Part shown: positions 1 through 10,221 of the stretch, in pieces
Numbering within the stretch: the first letter of the stretch is position 1
Layout of the letters: each line of letters opens with the position of its first letter
Made by a program: the position numbers and the translations under genes
IMG/VR virus record: IMGVR_UViG_3300043568_001465
Length of the DNA stretch: 64,000 bases
Strand: one strand, 5' to 3'
DNA from: an uncultured virus (IMG/VR IMGVR_UViG_3300043568_001465)
Taxonomy: Duplodnaviria > Heunggongvirae > Uroviricota > Caudoviricetes
Notes under the pieces: model-generated
Told to the model about the DNA's origin: nothing
The model's input: only the letters and a program-made list of their open reading frames with translations
Databases searched by the model: none

Positions 1-1
1 T

Positions 2-1042
2 ACGACATCCACAGCAACAATTAGTGGTGCCCCATTTGAATTCGACACGCAATATTATATTAAACTGACAGATTTGGTTACAAATAGATATATTATTGAA
101 AATATATATATTCACGATAGTAAAGCATACCCATTATATGATACAATTGATTTTGATTTAAGTGCTTCATGTGTTCCACCACCATTAACACCAACAGCAA
201 CACCTACTTTAACATTAACACAAACACCTACACAAACATTAACTGCTAGTATTGGGTTAACACCAACAGCGACACCTACTTTAACATTAACGCAAACACC
301 TACGGCTAGTTTGGCTGAACCATTGCCAGGTTGTGGTGATACATTGACAGGAACTTATATTCCAACAGGTTTTACGATTCAAACACAAGCATTAGATTTA
401 TCTGAAGCTACTGATGAATCAATAATAAGTGTTGGGTACGTTGCGTATGATAGACCAAATAGATTTAATATTTACGGAAATGGGATGTTAATTGAGGATA
501 GCGGATGGGTAGGTGCGGATAACACATATTTTGGACCATGGGGAACTGCGGGAAGTTTAACAGATCCAGATGGTACCGGTTCGTTCACATTTACATATCA
601 AAGTGGAATGTCTTATGAATTACGTGTTGACGTTGGTCCGGCGAATCCACTTGCCGATCCGGCTTATCCTTCTGATGGATGGTCGGTTACATTTACTTGT
701 TTAGGATCACCAACACCAACTCCGACACCGACACTGACAGCATCACTTGGTCAATGTTACACATATCGTGTTGCACAAGCTGCGCCTGTTAGCACAACAG
801 AATATGGTATAAGATACAGATATCCTGGATCACTTTCAACTGACAATCGCCTCGAAACTTTGTATCAAGGGATAGCAACAATTGAGGGTGTTGATTATTT
901 CACATATTCAATATGTAGTTCGGAGGAACCAACGTGGCTTGCGATGACAACCCCTAGTTCGGGAACTGGTACGACAGTTCCAAATGGTGTTTATAGATTC
1001 GGGCCATTAGGAGGATGTAGTGGTAATCCAGAATGTATATAA
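2..1042 (+). CDS. Pro/Thr-repeat structural protein, 5'-truncated by the window edge
   Basis: Frame is open from position 2 (TTSTATISGAPFEF...) into the tracked ORF 74..1042. TPTATPTLT repeats separate Cys-containing beta-rich domains. Confidence 0.6.
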   Translation, partial: TTSTATISGAPFEFDTQYYIKLTDLVTNRYIIENIYIHDSKAYPLYDTIDFDLSASCVPPPLTPTATPTLTLTQTPTQTLTASIGLTPTATPTLTLTQTPTASLAEPLPGCGDTLTGTYIPTGFTIQTQALDLSEATDESIISVGYVAYDRPNRFNIYGNGMLIEDSGWVGADNTYFGPWGTAGSLTDPDGTGSFTFTYQSGMSYELRVDVGPANPLADPAYPSDGWSVTFTCLGSPTPTPTPTLTASLGQCYTYRVAQAAPVSTTEYGIRYRYPGSLSTDNRLETLYQGIATIEGVDYFTYSICSSEEPTWLAMTTPSSGTGTTVPNGVYRFGPLGGCSGNPECI

Positions 1043-1054
1043 TATTTATTAATA

Positions 1055-1345
1055 ATGGCAACATATAATATAACAATATCGAATATAAGCGGAAGCACAA
1101 CACCGTGTAGTGTTTATAACATTTATACCGGAACTACTTGGGAAACAATACCAACAACACCGCTTTTTTCTGATGTTGCCATACCATTAAATGGAAAAAC
1201 ATTTCAAATAATATATTCTGGCGCATCAAAATATGTTTGTGTTTTTGTTGAACATTGCGATGACCATATAACACCAGTACCAAATGCAACGCCTAAAAAA
1301 CAGGGGGGATATCAAATAAGATTAGTGGAATTAATTCCATGTTAA
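1055..1345 (+). CDS. small putative structural protein
   Basis: 96 aa ORF; TATTTAT motif 5 nt before the ATG; lies between structural-type genes. Confidence 0.55.
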   Translation: MATYNITISNISGSTTPCSVYNIYTGTTWETIPTTPLFSDVAIPLNGKTFQIIYSGASKYVCVFVEHCDDHITPVPNATPKKQGGYQIRLVELIPC

Positions 1346-1355
1346 AGATAAATAA

Positions 1356-2861
1356 ATGGCTAAAGGAGTAACAATAAATTTTACAATAGATTCGGATCAT
1401 TCACAATCAAATTTTCCTCAATATGTTTATACTGGGTTAACTGCTGATAATGTGACTGGAACTACAATATGTAATGGGATAACCGCTAGCAGTTGTGCTT
1501 TAACAGGTTTAAGCGACACTTTAACACAAGTTTATGTAAAGATTAATTGCAATGGTTGTGACGACCAAATATTTTTGGTTTCATTAGTAGACCCAACACC
1601 AACAGCTACACCAACACCAACTTTAACAGCGACAGCTACAAATACACCAACAAGTACACCTACTCAAACACCTACAAACACAACAACCGAAGGTGCGACC
1701 CCAACGGCCACGCCAACATTAACGCTAACAGCTACACCGACAAATACAACATCATCGGTTATAGACCCAACTCAAACAAGTACACCAACTCAAACACCGA
1801 CAAATACTCAAACAAGCACACCAAGTGCAACATATGTTTACTATAAACTAAGACCTTGTGAGTATCAAGGATTTACTGGATATTTGGATGGCGATTATGA
1901 TGTTTGGTCATATTCATTAGTTTCTGGAACATTTAGTAGTGGTGACAGAGTTGAAGGTAGTGCGAGTTACTATTATGTTGTTATGGGTTCTCAAATGGCA
2001 ACTACTGACCCAACAGGTGGCGGTACGAAATATACCGTATATGCTGTTGAGGGTGAAACAGGTTGTCCGGCACCACCACCATCAGCAACATTAAGAACGG
2101 CATATTTAACAGCGGCGTGGGCACATGATGGTTCAGTGGGTTATATACAACAATTAGCAGATACATGTGGATTATACCCATACCAAGCATCGTCATTGGG
2201 GTATACAGGTTTAACACAAGGTGGATCAACATCTTTCTATGTTAATGAGGCGTCAATTGTACCAGGAACAATATACACATTATATGATTCAAATATAAGT
2301 GGTGGTGGTAATGTTGTAAATGGTGGTGACAAGTACTACTCAATATTAATATATGGTAGTGGAAGTACATTCAACTATGTTGTTCGTATAAGTAGTTCGG
2401 GAGAATTAAGTGAATGGAATTATTGTACCACACCAACACAAACACCAACTCCAACACCAACATTAACAGCAACACCGACATTAACACCTAGTGCGGCCGG
2501 GGCACCGGGGTCAGCATGTATTCAAATAACAGAATATTCTTCACAAGGTACCACTGAATGTTTATCTAATACTGTACCATATTTCTATACCGTTATTACA
2601 GCATTATTAACTGATGGTAATGGTAATGCAATGAATGCTGTTGGTGATGTATATGCCTATGTTAATGTTACGGTAGATGTCCTTTACCAGCAGGAAAATA
2701 CATATGAATATCCAATTGAAATAAGTAGTGGAACAAGTTCGGGCACGCTTACCATTGATACATCAGTACCTGTAGATAATGGACAAGGTAATTGTGAAAA
2801 TGAAACAAGAGTAATAAATTCTTATAGTGCACAAGTCGGATATAGTATATGCGCACCTTAA
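1356..2861 (+). CDS. Pro/Thr-repeat (mucin-like linker) structural protein
   Basis: 501 aa; long TPT(A/Q)TPT tracts linking small beta-rich domains. Confidence 0.6.
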   Translation: MAKGVTINFTIDSDHSQSNFPQYVYTGLTADNVTGTTICNGITASSCALTGLSDTLTQVYVKINCNGCDDQIFLVSLVDPTPTATPTPTLTATATNTPTSTPTQTPTNTTTEGATPTATPTLTLTATPTNTTSSVIDPTQTSTPTQTPTNTQTSTPSATYVYYKLRPCEYQGFTGYLDGDYDVWSYSLVSGTFSSGDRVEGSASYYYVVMGSQMATTDPTGGGTKYTVYAVEGETGCPAPPPSATLRTAYLTAAWAHDGSVGYIQQLADTCGLYPYQASSLGYTGLTQGGSTSFYVNEASIVPGTIYTLYDSNISGGGNVVNGGDKYYSILIYGSGSTFNYVVRISSSGELSEWNYCTTPTQTPTPTPTLTATPTLTPSAAGAPGSACIQITEYSSQGTTECLSNTVPYFYTVITALLTDGNGNAMNAVGDVYAYVNVTVDVLYQQENTYEYPIEISSGTSSGTLTIDTSVPVDNGQGNCENETRVINSYSAQVGYSICAP

Positions 2862-2892
2862 TGATAAAAATAAAAAAAGATATTTATAACAT

Positions 2893-4995
2893 ATGAGCTT
2901 TTTAAACAGTAATAATTCAGAATTTTTAACAGCAAGAATTACCCAAAAAGGTAGAAAATCTATCGCTGAGGGTAATTTTGTAATAAGTTATTTCCAAATA
3001 GGTGATTCTGAATTTGATTACAACTTCACAGGATTCACTGGGAATGGTGTAACACCACATCAAAAAGTGTTGGCGCCAATGGATAAAGATGCTCAAGTAA
3101 AGTATCCATATAAATTAACATCATCTGAAAGTTTAACATACGGTAACCCAATAAAACAAAATACGTTAGATACAATTAAAAATGTTATGGGACCGGCAGG
3201 TTTCGTTTCAGATTACGTTGAATATGATTCAGTGGATTGTACTGGAACAACAATTGCATGTGAGATACAAGAAATATCGTTATCACAAGTTGATGGTACT
3301 AATTTATTAACAGTTTTAACTGGTGCAACATACAATGGTTGTGAATATGTCACAATTCTTTTTAACAGTAGAACCTGCGGTGAGATACCAACATTAACTG
3401 GTGAAACAAATAGTTTGGTTTATAAAATTACAGGTATAACGGGTAATGAATTAGCGTTTGATAGAATTATGCCAAACTTCTCATCATTAAGTGGTTACGC
3501 ACAAGTGATATGTCACAATTGTGATGTTGAGTTTGGGTCTGATACTACAGCAACAACTGTTTGTTCACCATCACCCGTAGATCCATCAGCAGCACATGAT
3601 CCATGGAGAATGGAAATCGTTTGGACAGAAAAACCAGCAGGATTAAATGCATCAAATGAAAGTTTAACAGGATATACTGGGACACAATACGCATCAACAA
3701 AAGAATATTTAGGATATAATAGTATATCAGGTCAAACATTTACAAATTTTACTGGAGGAACACTATCAACACCAACAACATTTGTTAATTCATTTGGTGA
3801 AGAAGTTAATGTTAAACCAGAAGACCAAAGAGTAATAGCAATATTACATTACTCAGAATTAGGAGATTCGGTTAACGACCCTGAAAGATTTTTTAAATAC
3901 GATGATTACATCGCATCTGAAACTGAAGATGATATTTTAAGTTTCGAAGTGTACATTCCGTTTATGTTATATCATAGAAATACTGGTACCACTATTGGTG
4001 CAGTGTTTACTATGGATGAAACAAATTATTATGTAACATCAAGTAAGAACGATAAACCAAATACTAATAATGTTGTATTCAGATATCTTTTAGATGAACA
4101 AGGTTATAAAGTTGGTAAAGTTTTCACAGGTAAAAAGATAATAGTATTTGATGACCAAGAAATTATAGCAGCATTAGAATACAAATCAAATAGAAGATTC
4201 ACACTACCTTCACCAAGAGTTAGTGCAGTTCCGGTGGATTTACCATGTACTGTTGGGGATCAGCCAATGATAACAAGTGGTGAAACAGCATATATCACAT
4301 ATGAATTAGAACTAACAGGAAATACAGCATTAAGTGGGATACATTGTAATTACTATAATAGTGTTACTGGTATATCTGTGAATGCATCAATTAAATTCAA
4401 TACTGATGATTTCAAGTATATGAATAATAATGCCAATTTAGTTGGTAGCACCAGCGGATTTAGAGCAAATAAGTTTAAAGCATTAGTTCAAATAGTTTCA
4501 GGAAGTACACAACCAGAATCAGATTCTTGGACTGTAATAGATTTAACAGACCAAATACCTAACCACACAGTTGGTAGTTTAATTGATCCTGATAATTTAT
4601 GTGACTATCAGTTTGTTATCGGTCAAGATATGTTAGATGGTGGTTCTTTATATTCAATCGGAACAAATACGTCAACAACAGATAATTTAATTGGTTATCA
4701 ACCAACATTAACTAGCGGTGATGCTACACTTCCACAATTTGGTGATAGTCAACCATTTCCAGGTAGTGTTAAGTTAACCAGAGCATCTGATTTAGAGGTT
4801 ATGACGTTTATGATTAACCTACCGTCATCACAATTCACACAAACTCAGAATCCTACGTATATTTCTGGTGCAACTAAAAGAATTACAGAGGTAGCATTAC
4901 TAGACGCAAGTAAAAATGTATTGGCGATGTCAAAAACAGCTAAACCAGTTATAAGGTCTGGAGTACAAGTTTTTGCACTAAAAATTGATTTTTAA
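2893..4995 (+). CDS. putative baseplate/tail structural protein
   Basis: 700 aa; N-terminal ARITQKGRK...ISYFQIGDSE and C-terminal ITEVALLD...LAMSK..KPV motifs resemble large-phage baseplate/fibre-anchor proteins; TATTTAT motif upstream. Confidence 0.5.
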   Translation: MSFLNSNNSEFLTARITQKGRKSIAEGNFVISYFQIGDSEFDYNFTGFTGNGVTPHQKVLAPMDKDAQVKYPYKLTSSESLTYGNPIKQNTLDTIKNVMGPAGFVSDYVEYDSVDCTGTTIACEIQEISLSQVDGTNLLTVLTGATYNGCEYVTILFNSRTCGEIPTLTGETNSLVYKITGITGNELAFDRIMPNFSSLSGYAQVICHNCDVEFGSDTTATTVCSPSPVDPSAAHDPWRMEIVWTEKPAGLNASNESLTGYTGTQYASTKEYLGYNSISGQTFTNFTGGTLSTPTTFVNSFGEEVNVKPEDQRVIAILHYSELGDSVNDPERFFKYDDYIASETEDDILSFEVYIPFMLYHRNTGTTIGAVFTMDETNYYVTSSKNDKPNTNNVVFRYLLDEQGYKVGKVFTGKKIIVFDDQEIIAALEYKSNRRFTLPSPRVSAVPVDLPCTVGDQPMITSGETAYITYELELTGNTALSGIHCNYYNSVTGISVNASIKFNTDDFKYMNNNANLVGSTSGFRANKFKALVQIVSGSTQPESDSWTVIDLTDQIPNHTVGSLIDPDNLCDYQFVIGQDMLDGGSLYSIGTNTSTTDNLIGYQPTLTSGDATLPQFGDSQPFPGSVKLTRASDLEVMTFMINLPSSQFTQTQNPTYISGATKRITEVALLDASKNVLAMSKTAKPVIRSGVQVFALKIDF

Positions 4996-5032
4996 CCATT
5001 TACATTTTTAATATCTATAGTTATTCTTGTTT

Positions 5033-5629
5033 ATGGAAACAAAATTCAAAAACAAATCTAAAATTTTAGGATTAGATATCTCAACCAAAACTATTGGTTG
5101 GGCACTATTCGATTTAGCCGGTAAGAAGTTGTTAGAGTTAACACATTTCTCACCAAAGGTTAAACCCCTACCAGAAGACAAATTAGAGGAATTAATGAAA
5201 AAAGCGGATGCTTTCAAGAAACAACTTGAGGGTTATCGTGATATGGGTATTGTTAAAGTTATCATTGAAGAACCATTATTAAATTCTAATAATATCTACA
5301 CAGTAGGTACATTATTAAGATATAACACAATGATTTGCAAGATAGTATACGATATTTTGGGTATTGTTCCGACATTTATTTCCACATATAATGCAAGAAA
5401 ATTTGCGTTCCCAGATTTAGTTGGTCCAAATGATAAAGGTAGAAATGTTCTATTTGGCGGTTATCCTAAAGATATTGATAAGAAACATGTGGTTTGGGAA
5501 CACGTAAACGCTGTTTGCCCAGAAGTTACTTGGTTATATGGTAAAACCGGTTCATTAAGAAAAGAAAACTATGATATGAGTGATGCTGCAACAGCGGTAA
5601 TCGGCTATATTAACATGTTAAAAGAATAA
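5033..5629 (+). CDS. ruvC: RuvC-like Holliday junction resolvase
   Basis: ILGLDISTKTIGWA, IIEEP and C-terminal YDMSDA acidic motifs of the RNase H/RuvC fold. ATG 5033 preferred over TTG 5027. Confidence 0.75.
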   Translation: METKFKNKSKILGLDISTKTIGWALFDLAGKKLLELTHFSPKVKPLPEDKLEELMKKADAFKKQLEGYRDMGIVKVIIEEPLLNSNNIYTVGTLLRYNTMICKIVYDILGIVPTFISTYNARKFAFPDLVGPNDKGRNVLFGGYPKDIDKKHVVWEHVNAVCPEVTWLYGKTGSLRKENYDMSDAATAVIGYINMLKE

Positions 5630-5672
5630 GGCAACTAGTATTTTGTTATTAATTATTAATAGCGTATATTAG
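5630..5672 (+). promoter_or_regulatory. putative promoter (GGCAAC ... TATATTAG)
   Basis: TATATTAG at 5665-5672 resembles the Bacteroidetes -7 box TAnnTTTG; same architecture and spacing as 8878-8920. Confidence 0.5.
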
Positions 5673-5676
5673 TATA

Positions 5677-5754
5677 CAATACAGCAAATCGGGTGCACAG
5701 AAATGTACATCTGGTTGGTGTTCCCCTGGGGTGGTGTCCAGGGGATTTTTTTTT
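5677..5754 (+). ncRNA. candidate structured small RNA (~78 nt)
   Basis: Promoter-like box, then an irregular hairpin 5681-5721 capped by a GAAA tetraloop, then an intrinsic terminator; no convincing ORF. Confidence 0.45.
5722..5754 (+). terminator. intrinsic terminator
   Basis: TCCCCTGG (5722-29) / CCAGGGGA (5738-45) stem followed by T9. Confidence 0.85.
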
Positions 5755-5781
5755 CTCACATATTTTACATATATTAGGCAT

Positions 5782-6720
5782 ATGCCGGAAACCGAAATCG
5801 ACTATTCAGCTATTGTTGACCTTTTAGAGGACATATTGGGAGAACCACATATGCACAATGACTATAGGTGTCAAATATCTTTTGACTGCCCTGTCTGCTC
5901 GTATGAGTTAAAGGGGTTAGATGAAGGGGATGGTAAGGGTAATTTAGAAATTAACTATCGTTTTGGGGTTTATAAGTGCTGGGCGTGTAGTGAAACACAC
6001 GATACTCACGGTGGGCTATATAAGTTAATCAAAAAATATGGTCGACCTAAACATACAAAACGTTATGAGTTATTGAGACCAGATGATATTGGTGAATTAA
6101 GAAAAGTAACTAAGGTTGCGAGGTTACCAAACGAGTACATTCCATTAAAAGACGCTAGTATGGGTTTAAAATTAACTCATTACTATAAACAGGCGATGAA
6201 TTATTTACGTAGTAGAAATATTACTGACGAAATGATTGAAAAATATCGAATAGGATTTGCATACACTGGTTTATACGCTAGTAGAATCATAATCCCATCA
6301 TATGGGCATGATTTAATGTTAAACTATTTCATTGCCAGATCATATGCCCCAAACACTAAATTAAAATATAAAAATCCAGATGTCAGAAAAGAGGATTTGA
6401 TTTTTAATGAACATTTGCTTGATTGGACTAAACCAATCAACATTGTTGAGGGCGCATTTGACAGTATATTCGTACCAAACTCAATACCATTACTTGGTAA
6501 ATTTGTTAGTGAGTTTGTTTTCAATAAGATATATGATAACGCAACCGGGATTACGATATTATTAGATGGAGATGCGTGGGAAGATGCACAAAGAGTATAT
6601 CATAAATTAAATGGCGGTAGATTATTTGGTAAAGTTTGGATAGTAAAACTAGATATTGATAAAGATATCGCTGACTTACAAGGAAAATTAGAAAATTATA
6701 AACCCTTTCAATTAAAGTAA
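5782..6720 (+). CDS. dnaG: DNA primase (zinc finger + TOPRIM)
   Basis: CPVC...YKCWAC zinc finger, YL.SR.I, RIIIP, IVEGAFD and LLDGDA TOPRIM motifs. ATG 5782 preferred because the GTG start lies inside the terminator. Confidence 0.85.
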   Translation: MPETEIDYSAIVDLLEDILGEPHMHNDYRCQISFDCPVCSYELKGLDEGDGKGNLEINYRFGVYKCWACSETHDTHGGLYKLIKKYGRPKHTKRYELLRPDDIGELRKVTKVARLPNEYIPLKDASMGLKLTHYYKQAMNYLRSRNITDEMIEKYRIGFAYTGLYASRIIIPSYGHDLMLNYFIARSYAPNTKLKYKNPDVRKEDLIFNEHLLDWTKPINIVEGAFDSIFVPNSIPLLGKFVSEFVFNKIYDNATGITILLDGDAWEDAQRVYHKLNGGRLFGKVWIVKLDIDKDIADLQGKLENYKPFQLK

Positions 6721-6721
6721 C

Positions 6722-7579
6722 ATGGATTTAAAAGAAATCTCGTTAGAGATAAATGAATTATTGACTAAAAGAAGAAATGAATTAGAACTCACCTTTGTTG
6801 AGGACAAACACATTTATTATATGAAGGATCTTGATGGTATTGTCAGAGATGACTTCCCATCTGTTTCTAGAGTAATTAAAAGATTTCACAAAGCATTTGA
6901 CGCACCGGCCAAAGCATTAGAAATGTCTAAAGGTGACAGGACGAAACAACAACAATTATTGGGTGAATGGCGAGCGGCTGGGGACTACTCAACAAATATG
7001 GGTAGTCGTGTTCACTATGTTTTAGAGTCGGAGACAATCCAACGTTATGGTGGTTATAAAGAGGTTAGAGAACCAATTTTCAATTGTGATGAAAGTCAAA
7101 TTATTAAAGGCGACAACATGATTAAAGCTGGTAATTCATTTTTAGATTTAATGGCTGAACGTGGAGCAGTTCTATTAGATACTGAAATTATTTTAGGTGA
7201 TAATGAGCTGGGCTATACGGGACAACCAGATAAGGTTTGGTTAATGATGAATAAGGATAACACCAATTACGGAATCGTAATTACTGATTGGAAAACAAAT
7301 CAACCAAAAAACTTCGAGGTTCATCATTATACTGGTAAATTGTATCCACCATTTAATGATTATCATGATAATGCATTAGGTCATTATTTTTTACAACTAC
7401 CTCTTTATGTTCGTTTATTGTTAAAAATGTTAAGTGGAACAAAATATGCCGATTTAAAATTACTAGGTGGTGTAATTGTATTATTAAAAGACGACGGAAC
7501 ATATGTTGAATATAAGGTACCGCCTGTTATTAGTTCAACAATTTTAAGAATGGATTTAAGCAAATACACAAGAAAATGA
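6722..7579 (+). CDS. PD-(D/E)XK (RecB/Cas4-like) exonuclease
   Basis: SVS, GSRVH, TE...GQPD...ITDWKT and YFLQLPLY motifs. Confidence 0.8.
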   Translation: MDLKEISLEINELLTKRRNELELTFVEDKHIYYMKDLDGIVRDDFPSVSRVIKRFHKAFDAPAKALEMSKGDRTKQQQLLGEWRAAGDYSTNMGSRVHYVLESETIQRYGGYKEVREPIFNCDESQIIKGDNMIKAGNSFLDLMAERGAVLLDTEIILGDNELGYTGQPDKVWLMMNKDNTNYGIVITDWKTNQPKNFEVHHYTGKLYPPFNDYHDNALGHYFLQLPLYVRLLLKMLSGTKYADLKLLGGVIVLLKDDGTYVEYKVPPVISSTILRMDLSKYTRK

Positions 7580-8394
7580 TAAAAAAAATAATTCATATCG
7601 CAGATTTACACATCCGTACATATCAAATGCACGAGTTGTATAAAACACAGTTTGATAAGTTAATTGAAGAAGTACGTGAACATGCTGCACAATGGACTTC
7701 AGAAGGTATTCGATGGGAAGAAATTCGCATTGTAATTGCTGGTGACATAGCACATCAAAAGATTAATATATCCAACGAACAATTACTATTAACTAGTTGG
7801 TTCTTAAATCAACTATCAAGTTATGGTATGGTTGTTATCATCCCTGGAAATCACGACTTCTTAGAGAATAACCACGAGCGTTTAGACAGCATAACACCTA
7901 TTATAGAATTGTTAAACAATAAAAATATTGTTTATTATAGAGACATGGGTGTTTATAAAGATGATAATGTTAATTGGGTTGTGTATTCATTATACCAACA
8001 TAATCAACGACCTGAATTTGAAAAAGAAGAAGGTAAACTACACATCGGATTATTTCACGGACCAATTCAAGGATTATCAACTGATTTAGGTTTTGAGTTT
8101 GAAGATGCATATGACCAATTAAATTTTAGAGATTTAGATTTATTACTATGTGGCGACATTCACAAAAGACAAACCTTCACATTACCTAGCGGTGGTAAAG
8201 GTGTAATGATTGGTTCTTTAATACAACAGAATTTCGGTGAGACAGTTAATCATCATGGTTATGGCGTCTATGATGTTAATACAAACACATATGAGTTTAA
8301 AAACTTACAAGTTGAACAACCGTTTTTACATTTTAAAATCACAGACATAAATGATATCGAAGAGCAAAAAGAGCATCTCGTTAATCTTGGATGA
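7576..8394 (+). CDS. sbcD: SbcD/Mre11-like metallophosphoesterase (T4 gp47-like)
   Basis: ADLH, AGD, PGNHD, FHG, GDIH and GSL.Q.NFGE motifs. Confidence 0.85.
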   Translation: MIKKIIHIADLHIRTYQMHELYKTQFDKLIEEVREHAAQWTSEGIRWEEIRIVIAGDIAHQKINISNEQLLLTSWFLNQLSSYGMVVIIPGNHDFLENNHERLDSITPIIELLNNKNIVYYRDMGVYKDDNVNWVVYSLYQHNQRPEFEKEEGKLHIGLFHGPIQGLSTDLGFEFEDAYDQLNFRDLDLLLCGDIHKRQTFTLPSGGKGVMIGSLIQQNFGETVNHHGYGVYDVNTNTYEFKNLQVEQPFLHFKITDINDIEEQKEHLVNLG

Positions 8395-8872
8395 TGATTT
8401 TATACAATACTGCAAACTCAACAATATAGAGGATCAACAATCATTTGCTAAAAGAATATTTAATCAAGGTTTCTCAATCATCAAGTACGGTGAAACCCCT
8501 AATGGGGTACAGGGTAAAGAGAAAATTGTGGAGAAGGAAGTTATCAAAGAAGTAATTGTTGAAAAGATTGTAGAGGTGGTGAAATTAGTAGAAGTCATCA
8601 AAGAAATACCTGTTGAGAAAATTGTGGAAATTATAAAAGAAGTTCCAGTTAAAACGAAAGGGGAAACTCAAATTGTAACTAAAGAAGTTATTAAAGAGGT
8701 CTTTGTAGATAAAATAATCCCAGATGTTGAAAAGGATAAAACAATTCAAAAACTAACAGAGGAAAATCAAAAACTCACAAATGATTTAAATAAAATAACC
8801 ACAGCGTTGAATAAGATGGGTAAAGCCAAGTACCTTAAAAACAGCGACTTAAATGACTTGTATGGCGAATAA
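8351..8872 (+). CDS. hypothetical protein with (V/I)(V/I)(E/K)(K/E) repeats and coiled coil
   Basis: 173 aa; EKIVEKEVIKEV low-complexity repeats. Confidence 0.55.
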   Translation: MISKSKKSISLILDDDFIQYCKLNNIEDQQSFAKRIFNQGFSIIKYGETPNGVQGKEKIVEKEVIKEVIVEKIVEVVKLVEVIKEIPVEKIVEIIKEVPVKTKGETQIVTKEVIKEVFVDKIIPDVEKDKTIQKLTEENQKLTNDLNKITTALNKMGKAKYLKNSDLNDLYGE

Positions 8873-8929
8873 AATCGGGCAACGGTTATTTTTTATTATG
8901 TGGTAAATAAAGTATATTAGTAAAAACAT

Positions 8930-9247
8930 ATGAATATGACATTATTATTTTTCTGGGCTTTTATGGCTTACGGTATGACAACAATAATTGTTTACGGATC
9001 AATATTCGATAAACCTAGGGAGTTCATTAAGAGACACTCAAAATTTTTTGGAGATCTTGTTGGTTGTATGCTTTGTACATCAACTTGGTGCGGATTTTTC
9101 TTATCATTAGTTTTGGGCGGGCTGTCAACTAAAATATTTGACATTAATTGGATTCCAGCAATATTTTTTGATGGTATGTATACGGCCGGCATCGTCTGGG
9201 CTATAAACGGAATAGTTGAATTTTTTGAAGAAAGTAGAATAAAATAA
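8930..9247 (+). CDS. small membrane protein with CxxC (DUF1360-like)
   Basis: Three hydrophobic segments; LVGCMLCTSTW motif. Confidence 0.55.
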   Translation: MNMTLLFFWAFMAYGMTTIIVYGSIFDKPREFIKRHSKFFGDLVGCMLCTSTWCGFFLSLVLGGLSTKIFDINWIPAIFFDGMYTAGIVWAINGIVEFFEESRIK

Positions 9248-9267
9248 TATAAATAAAATAACAAAAA

Positions 9268-10221
9268 ATGACATCAAGTGAATTTGAAGTAAAAAAAATT
9301 AAATGGTTGGAAACTGCTAAAACCAAAAAAGGTATTATAGCACAGTTAGACCCTGACGGATTATATTCCGCGTTTATTATTAGTAGATTAACAGGATTAG
9401 ATGTTGTTGGTGTATCGGATTTATATAACAACATTTATGGTATCGATGAAAACGACAAGTTAAGTGATTATGTTTTTGTTGACGTTGAAATGTTCTTACC
9501 AGATGTATTATCTGTTGGTAATCATAATAACATTACAAGCCCTAAAGTTTACGAGGAAATTAAAGACAGATTGGTTAATTGTTTAAACCCTAACTATCAG
9601 TTTGGTGTAACCGTAAAAGAATATACTGGTAAGTACCCGTTTGGTACCGCACATTATCTAATTGAGTTATATTCAGAAGAATTAAATCTTCCTGAGTTAT
9701 TTGAATCAAAAGAGTTATTACAACTTCTGTATATTTCAGATGCGGTATATAATACGGTAAACAAATACCCCACAAACTTTAAGAACTGGGCAGATAAATT
9801 ATTTAAAAACGATTTATTCCAGGATAAGTTTTTAAAGGTGTTATTTAAAAAATTCAGTTTCTCAAAAGACACAGAACGCTTATTAAACGAAGCAAAAAAA
9901 ATGTTTGGTGGTTATGAATTCTTTAATAAACGTTTAAACAGTAAAAATATTGACGAAGAAACTCGTTTATCTTTGGTAAAAGAGAAATTAAATCACTTAT
10001 CTTTACCATTCCAAAACTTAGGTATGGATTTTACTAAAATAAACATGGATAAGAATATTAAACTTAATAGCCACAAATATGGTGGTTACAGTGGTAATGA
10101 ATTACCAGAAGATATTACGCAAAACCCGGCATCATTATATGAAAATGTGATGACAATTAATTACACAGGACAAAATATCATTTCTTTAACCTATATTCCA
10201 AAGGAAACACAAAATGTATAA
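9268..10221 (+). CDS. hypothetical protein, possibly a divergent DHH-like phosphoesterase
   Basis: LDPDG..SA (DxDG), FVD and GNH in the order of DHH motifs 1-3, but no DHH triad. Confidence 0.4.
   Translation: MTSSEFEVKKIKWLETAKTKKGIIAQLDPDGLYSAFIISRLTGLDVVGVSDLYNNIYGIDENDKLSDYVFVDVEMFLPDVLSVGNHNNITSPKVYEEIKDRLVNCLNPNYQFGVTVKEYTGKYPFGTAHYLIELYSEELNLPELFESKELLQLLYISDAVYNTVNKYPTNFKNWADKLFKNDLFQDKFLKVLFKKFSFSKDTERLLNEAKKMFGGYEFFNKRLNSKNIDEETRLSLVKEKLNHLSLPFQNLGMDFTKINMDKNIKLNSHKYGGYSGNELPEDITQNPASLYENVMTINYTGQNIISLTYIPKETQNV

Noticed and set aside
5731..5781. Extended N-termini from the ORF track (5731, also 13431, 14248, 15174, 17081, 26177)
   Set aside because: These extensions run through terminators, promoters or neighbouring genes; downstream ATGs fit the promoter spacing better.
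6722..7579. Cas4 / CRISPR-Cas locus
   Set aside because: No Fe-S Cys cluster pattern, no other cas genes or array; typical phage replication context.
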